A model generated the notes under the pieces. That model was not told the origin of the DNA. It saw only the letters and a list, made by a program, of their open reading frames with translations, and did not search any database. Of a stretch of DNA of 20,000 nt, positions 16,469 to 20,000 are shown piece after piece. The DNA is from an uncultured virus (IMG/VR IMGVR_UViG_2824834302_000001) (Duplodnaviria > Heunggongvirae > Uroviricota > Caudoviricetes). Where the stretch lies: IMG/VR virus record IMGVR_UViG_2824834302_000001. One strand, given 5' to 3'. Both the position numbers and the translations under genes were made by a program. Each line of letters starts with the position of its first letter. The stretch's first letter is position 1.

Positions 16469-17116
16469 CTACATCTCGATGATCGATCGGCGGACGCGGC
16501 CGACGATGGTGACGGCGCCCTGGAATTCCGGCGGCGGCACGTCCTCGTAAGAGGCGGGCTGGAAGGGCGGGTTGTCGTTCGGGCGATAGCGCTTGTAGGT
16601 CGCAGCGCCCGTTTCGTCGGCGACGACATAAAGCGCATTCGGCGCCAGGCGCTTGTCGCGCAGATTGACGAAGATGATCGAGCCCGGCGGCGAGATCTTG
16701 TTCATCGAATTGCCCTCGACCTCGAGCGCGATCCATTCGCCATCGGGCAGATCGAGGGCGGCGACCGTCGGGAATTCCGAGAAGTCGGTGATCGGCGCCT
16801 GCTCGCTGAGCTGGCCGGCGCTGACCCAGGAGATCTTCGGCACATCGGCGACGGAGACCGGCAGCTCATCGGGATCGAGCGCGTTGCCGGTGCCGAACTG
16901 CAGCCAGTTGAGATTGACCTTGAAAGCGCGGGCATACTTCTTCGCATCGGCGATGCCGAAGCCGTTGCGGCCGGATTCATGCGCCTTGTAGACATTCGCA
17001 TTCCAGCCGAACCGATCGACGATCGCCTTCGGCCCGGCAAAGCCAGCATTCTTCCTGGCCATGACGAGGCGCTTTGCGCGTTCTTCGCGTTCAAATTGTT
17101 CCTGATCTTTCAACAT
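16469..17116 (-). CDS. CI-like prophage repressor (XRE HTH + S24 autopeptidase), 215 aa
   Basis: RL..ARKNAG...YKAHESG.NG...YARAFKV..NWL..G.G HTH; VSAG cleavage site, EGNSM Ser and TYKRY Lys dyad intact. Confidence 0.92.
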   Translation of the reverse strand: MLKDQEQFEREERAKRLVMARKNAGFAGPKAIVDRFGWNANVYKAHESGRNGFGIADAKKYARAFKVNLNWLQFGTGNALDPDELPVSVADVPKISWVSAGQLSEQAPITDFSEFPTVAALDLPDGEWIALEVEGNSMNKISPPGSIIFVNLRDKRLAPNALYVVADETGAATYKRYRPNDNPPFQPASYEDVPPPEFQGAVTIVGRVRRSIIEM

Positions 17117-17192
17117 GATATAAAAAATACCCTAAATTAAGGTACATGTCATGCCCTAATGTGCTTGACATATCGGGTATTAATTGTACCCT
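17117..17192. promoter_or_regulatory. OR-like control region: three operators, PRM-like and PR-like promoters
   Basis: GATA-N7-TACC 17117-17131, GGTA-N7-TGCC 17141-17155, GGTA-N7-TACC 17176-17190; + strand TTGACA-N16-TACCCT; - strand ATGACA-N17-TATTTT. Confidence 0.8.
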
Positions 17193-17256
17193 AATCGCTA
17201 TGACAAACACCGACATCATCAACAACGGTCCAGCCTTTCGGACTGGAGGAGACGCC

Positions 17257-17448
17257 ATGAGGTTCACCATTTCCTCGCAAGAGAGGCTCGCCATGGACGT
17301 CGTGCCGACCGGCGTCGTCATTCACCGGCCGCAAGGGCCAAGGGGAGGGCGGATGTCCGCGATACCAGTTCGCAACGAGGATATCCCCTTCCTCGCCAAG
17401 GCCCTGCAGCAGGTGCTGAACGCCAACCGGGAGGTGGAGTCGCTGTGA
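17257..17448 (+). CDS. Hypothetical phage protein (63 aa)
   Basis: GGAGGAG RBS, ATG 17257; GTGA coupling to next gene. Confidence 0.65.
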   Translation: MRFTISSQERLAMDVVPTGVVIHRPQGPRGGRMSAIPVRNEDIPFLAKALQQVLNANREVESL

Positions 17449-17630
17449 CCATCTCCACCCCGTCCGCCCGCTACACCGGCTGCCCGCATTGCGGCAAGGC
17501 GCTGTCGATCGCCGAGGTGATCGAGCGCCACTGCGAGACTTGCAGCCGGCCGACCAGCCCGAAAGAGCTGCGGGAGATCGCCCCCGGCGCTCTTCCGATC
17601 CCCGATCCCGACAGCCTCACTCCTCCCTGA
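17445..17630 (+). CDS. Small zinc-ribbon protein (61 aa)
   Basis: GTG start with GGAG RBS; CPHC-x13-CETC. Confidence 0.6.
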   Translation: MTISTPSARYTGCPHCGKALSIAEVIERHCETCSRPTSPKELREIAPGALPIPDPDSLTPP

Positions 17631-17676
17631 TGGCTATCGGTGGCTGGCGTCGTCGCCCTCCCTCGGCGACGCCGGC
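17608..17676 (+). ncRNA. Cuckoo/alpha-r14-like tandem hairpins with C-rich anti-SD loops
   Basis: Hairpin 17608-17640 loop CTCCTCCC; hairpin 17643-17676 loop CCCTCCCT. Confidence 0.5.
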
Positions 17677-17865
17677 ATCCCGGGCGCGACGATGTCGTGC
17701 CCACCGGGCGCGCTCGTGCCCGACCCAGGCGGCGGCCTGGCAGACGACCGGAGCTTTTGCTCCGCAACAGAGCCGGGCTCCGGTCGTCATCCGTGAAAAA
17801 TCAAAGGCGTTGGCAGCACCCGCTTCGGCGGGAACGGCGAACCGCGTTCGAAGAAGGATCAAGCG

Positions 17866-18144
17866 ATGAGCTTCCAGCTCAAGGCCGCCCCGGCGCAGCA
17901 AGGCACCCACATGAACGCGCTCGAGCTCTTCCGCTCCGGCCGGGACTATATCGAAATCGCTGCCATCCTCGGCGTGTCGGTGCCGTCTGTCGAAACCGAG
18001 ATCCACGCGCTTCGAAGCGCCGAGAAGGGCGACACCGCCCAGCAGGACCATGCCGGCGCGGAGATTCGCCGCTTTCCCCGCCGCCCCCTCAAGCCGGGCA
18101 CGCCGGTCAATTTCGCCGGCGGCCGACGGCGGGTGCGGGTTTGA
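17866..18144 (+). CDS. HTH protein (sigma-70 region 4-like), 92 aa
   Basis: LELFRSGRDYIEIAAILGVSVPSVETEI. Confidence 0.7.
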   Translation: MSFQLKAAPAQQGTHMNALELFRSGRDYIEIAAILGVSVPSVETEIHALRSAEKGDTAQQDHAGAEIRRFPRRPLKPGTPVNFAGGRRRVRV

Positions 18145-18176
18145 AGCCGGCCATCTCAATCGGGAAAGGACATCGC

Positions 18177-18542
18177 ATGGCGAAGGACACAATGAACCAG
18201 GAGATCATGGACATCCTCAGCCCGGTGCTGGGGGAGGAGCTGGCAGCGGCGATCATCGAGCATCGCAAACGCACGCTGAAGAAGCCGCTGACGGCTTATG
18301 CGGCGAGGATGCAGGCGCGGGAATATCTGGCGACCGGCGACCCGGTCGGCGCCGCCGAGATGCAGATCTTCCGCGGCTGGCAGGCGATCAAATGCGACTG
18401 GTACCTCAAGGAGAAGGCGAGGGAAGCCGGGTCGATCAACAGCAGTACGAGAAGGACGACAGTGGATGCCGCAAGAGATTTCCTCTCCGGTGAAGATCAT
18501 AGCTGGGATGCTTTCGGGTTTCCCGGCATCCGCAGGCACTGA
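18177..18542 (+). CDS. Protein resembling the C-terminal domain of phage replication initiators (121 aa)
   Basis: AAAGGA RBS; IIEHRK..LKKPLT..AA...P..A....I.RGWQ...W motif; upstream of loader-like gene. Confidence 0.6.
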   Translation: MAKDTMNQEIMDILSPVLGEELAAAIIEHRKRTLKKPLTAYAARMQAREYLATGDPVGAAEMQIFRGWQAIKCDWYLKEKAREAGSINSSTRRTTVDAARDFLSGEDHSWDAFGFPGIRRH

Positions 18543-18903
18543 TCCCGACATGCAGATCCGCGCCTATCTCGTCGCGATCGAGGGCATTCCGCTGGAGGCG
18601 GTCTGGCAGGCGGCCAAACTCTTCATCTGCGGAAAGGTCCGGGATCATAACCGCGCCTTCGCTCCGAGCTGCGCCAGTTTCGCCGAGCAATGCCGCAATC
18701 AGCAGGCGGCGATCGAGGCGGAGAGCCGTCCGCGCATGGAGGCCGAGCCGGAGAGGCCGCAGCCGAAGGTCGCCGCCTACAAGATGCAGCTGCTGCGCGA
18801 CGCCGCCAATGGCAGCCGCAACGCCAAGCGGGAGCTCGCCAGGATGTTCCCCGACAACCCGATCATTGCAAGGGCCGCACGACATGAGGAGGCATTGAGG
18901 TGA
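18466..18903 (+). CDS. Putative phage replication accessory / helicase-loader-like protein (145 aa)
   Basis: MLSGFP...AYLVAIEGIPLEAV..A...F..G.V...FAPS.A.F pattern; position after initiator-like gene. Confidence 0.55.
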   Translation: MPQEISSPVKIIAGMLSGFPASAGTDPDMQIRAYLVAIEGIPLEAVWQAAKLFICGKVRDHNRAFAPSCASFAEQCRNQQAAIEAESRPRMEAEPERPQPKVAAYKMQLLRDAANGSRNAKRELARMFPDNPIIARAARHEEALR

Positions 18904-19199
18904 CCATCACATTCTGGACGGAAGACAAGATCGTCAAGGCGGAAAAGCTCTGGAAGGAAGGGCTGTCGGCCAGAGAAATCGCCGTCATGTTCGGCTCGAA
19001 GAAGAACACCGTCATCAACATGGCATCCCGCAACCGCGACAGGTTTCCCTCGAGGCAGGACGCCTGGCATCCGCAGCCGAAGGCGGGCCCGCCCGTCCAG
19101 CCGATCCGCCACCCCGACCGCGTGACGCGGGTGACCATGTCGGGCGCGCATGTGACGATGCCGCGCGTGCCGTGCATCGATGGGCCTGCAGAGCCATGA
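18900..19199 (+). CDS. GcrA-like HTH protein (99 aa, N-terminal domain only)
   Basis: WTEDKI....KLWKEGLSAREIA..FG..KNTVI..A.R. Confidence 0.75.
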   Translation: MTITFWTEDKIVKAEKLWKEGLSAREIAVMFGSKKNTVINMASRNRDRFPSRQDAWHPQPKAGPPVQPIRHPDRVTRVTMSGAHVTMPRVPCIDGPAEP

Positions 19200-19393
19200 G
19201 CAAGGTCACCCCACGCGAAACCGAAATCATCCGCTGGATGGCGGCGGGCAAGACAGCAGCCGAGATCGGCACCATTCTCGGCATCTCCCACATCACCGTG
19301 AATACGCACATATCAAACGCCAAGGCGCGGCTCGGCGTCTTCAAGGATACGGCGCTGGTCGCCGCGGCACTCAGAAACGGCATCATTCGATAA
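19196..19393 (+). CDS. Stand-alone LuxR-type HTH regulator (65 aa)
   Basis: TPRE.EIIRWMAAGKTA.EIG.ILGIS..TV..HI.NA..RLG; ATGA coupling. Confidence 0.85.
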   Translation: MSKVTPRETEIIRWMAAGKTAAEIGTILGISHITVNTHISNAKARLGVFKDTALVAAALRNGIIR

Positions 19394-19406
19394 AAGGACG
19401 ATCAGC

Positions 19407-20000
19407 ATGGGCGGCAAAGCCACCAAGGTGAAGACAGGACGGGTCAACAAGGGCGCCGGCCGGCCGCGCAAGGAGAATGTCGAGCGTTTTCCCTGCGGCA
19501 AGATCAAGCCCTTCGAAACCGAGAAGGAGAATATCAGCGTGGCGATATCGGCCCGCCGCCGCATCCATGGCTTCGGCCGGACGGTCACCGACGAGACGGT
19601 CAAGAGCCCCTTTGCCGGCTATACCCTCGGCCGCATCTTCCTCGACGGCCTGATCACCGCCGAGCAGCGCCAGGCCGGCGACGACTATGCCGAGGCCATC
19701 GCCCGCTACCACAAGACCACAGGCATCCCGGCCCCGAGCCCGAGGGCGCAATCGCTCTTTGCCGTCAAGGGCCACGAAGGCGAGGTGACCGACACCCACG
19801 CCGACCGCGCCCGCAAGGCCAGCAACCGCATGATGGCGCTGCAGGGCATCCTGCTGCGCTGCCCTGATGGACCGCAGGTCAGGAGCACGGTCTATAACGT
19901 CACGGTGATGGACTACGACCATTTGCGCCAGATGCCGCCGCAGCAATTGCTGTGGCTGCGCAGGGGTTTGACGGCGTTGCGGGGGGCGAGAGGTGGGTGA
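19407..20000 (+). CDS. Putative phage late-gene transcriptional activator (197 aa)
   Basis: AAGGA RBS; GRPRK AT-hook-like motif, LGR..L.GLIT.EQ..AG..Y and LRRGL.AL C-terminal helix; last gene of early operon; TGA at 19998-20000. Confidence 0.55.
   Translation: MGGKATKVKTGRVNKGAGRPRKENVERFPCGKIKPFETEKENISVAISARRRIHGFGRTVTDETVKSPFAGYTLGRIFLDGLITAEQRQAGDDYAEAIARYHKTTGIPAPSPRAQSLFAVKGHEGEVTDTHADRARKASNRMMALQGILLRCPDGPQVRSTVYNVTVMDYDHLRQMPPQQLLWLRRGLTALRGARGG

Larger units (their letters stand above)
14850..20000. mobile_element. Prophage 2 early/immunity region (likely defective or domesticated)
   Basis: Repressor with divergent operons, replication-like and regulatory genes; no integrase or recombination genes at left end; left boundary approximate. 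Confidence 0.75.

Noticed and set aside
17640..18176. N-terminal extension making a 300-aa replication protein
   Set aside because: Arg/Pro-rich, runs through hairpins and overlaps the 17866-18144 HTH gene; ATG 18177 has its own RBS
1..20000. CRISPR array, DGR (TR/VR + reverse transcriptase), retron, IS element, tail-fibre invertase
   Set aside because: No spaced repeats, RT, transposase or recombinase motifs seen in the window

Overview
GC-rich alphaproteobacterial (Rhizobiaceae-like) DNA in three blocks. (1) 1-~9613 is the right end of a prophage. It holds a tail-tip/host-specificity protein, a tail fibre and its chaperone, an antisense acyltransferase-3 moron and a holin/SAR-type lysozyme/Rz/Rz1 lysis cassette. 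Next come a small beta-rich protein coupled to an unusual 852-aa protein (virion-like N-terminus fused to a degenerate FAD-oxidoreductase-like domain), two membrane genes and small leftward ORFs. The block ends in a 3' tRNA-Pro(CGG) fragment (probable att core) and a terminator. (2) ~9650-14840 is accessory or host DNA: a stand-alone folC paralogue, a frameshifted secreted polysaccharide-lyase-like/PG-binding gene, a vsr remnant, an NTF2-like/LuxR-HTH regulator and a DUF982 gene with an EcfG-type promoter. (3) ~14850-20000 is the early region of a second, apparently decayed or domesticated prophage. It has an intact CI-like repressor with GGTA-N7-TACC operators at two promoter clusters, no intact cro, and replication and regulatory genes. 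It also contains a ~270-nt highly structured non-coding segment and cuckoo-like CCUCCC hairpins. All family assignments come from motif recognition by eye; no searches were run.
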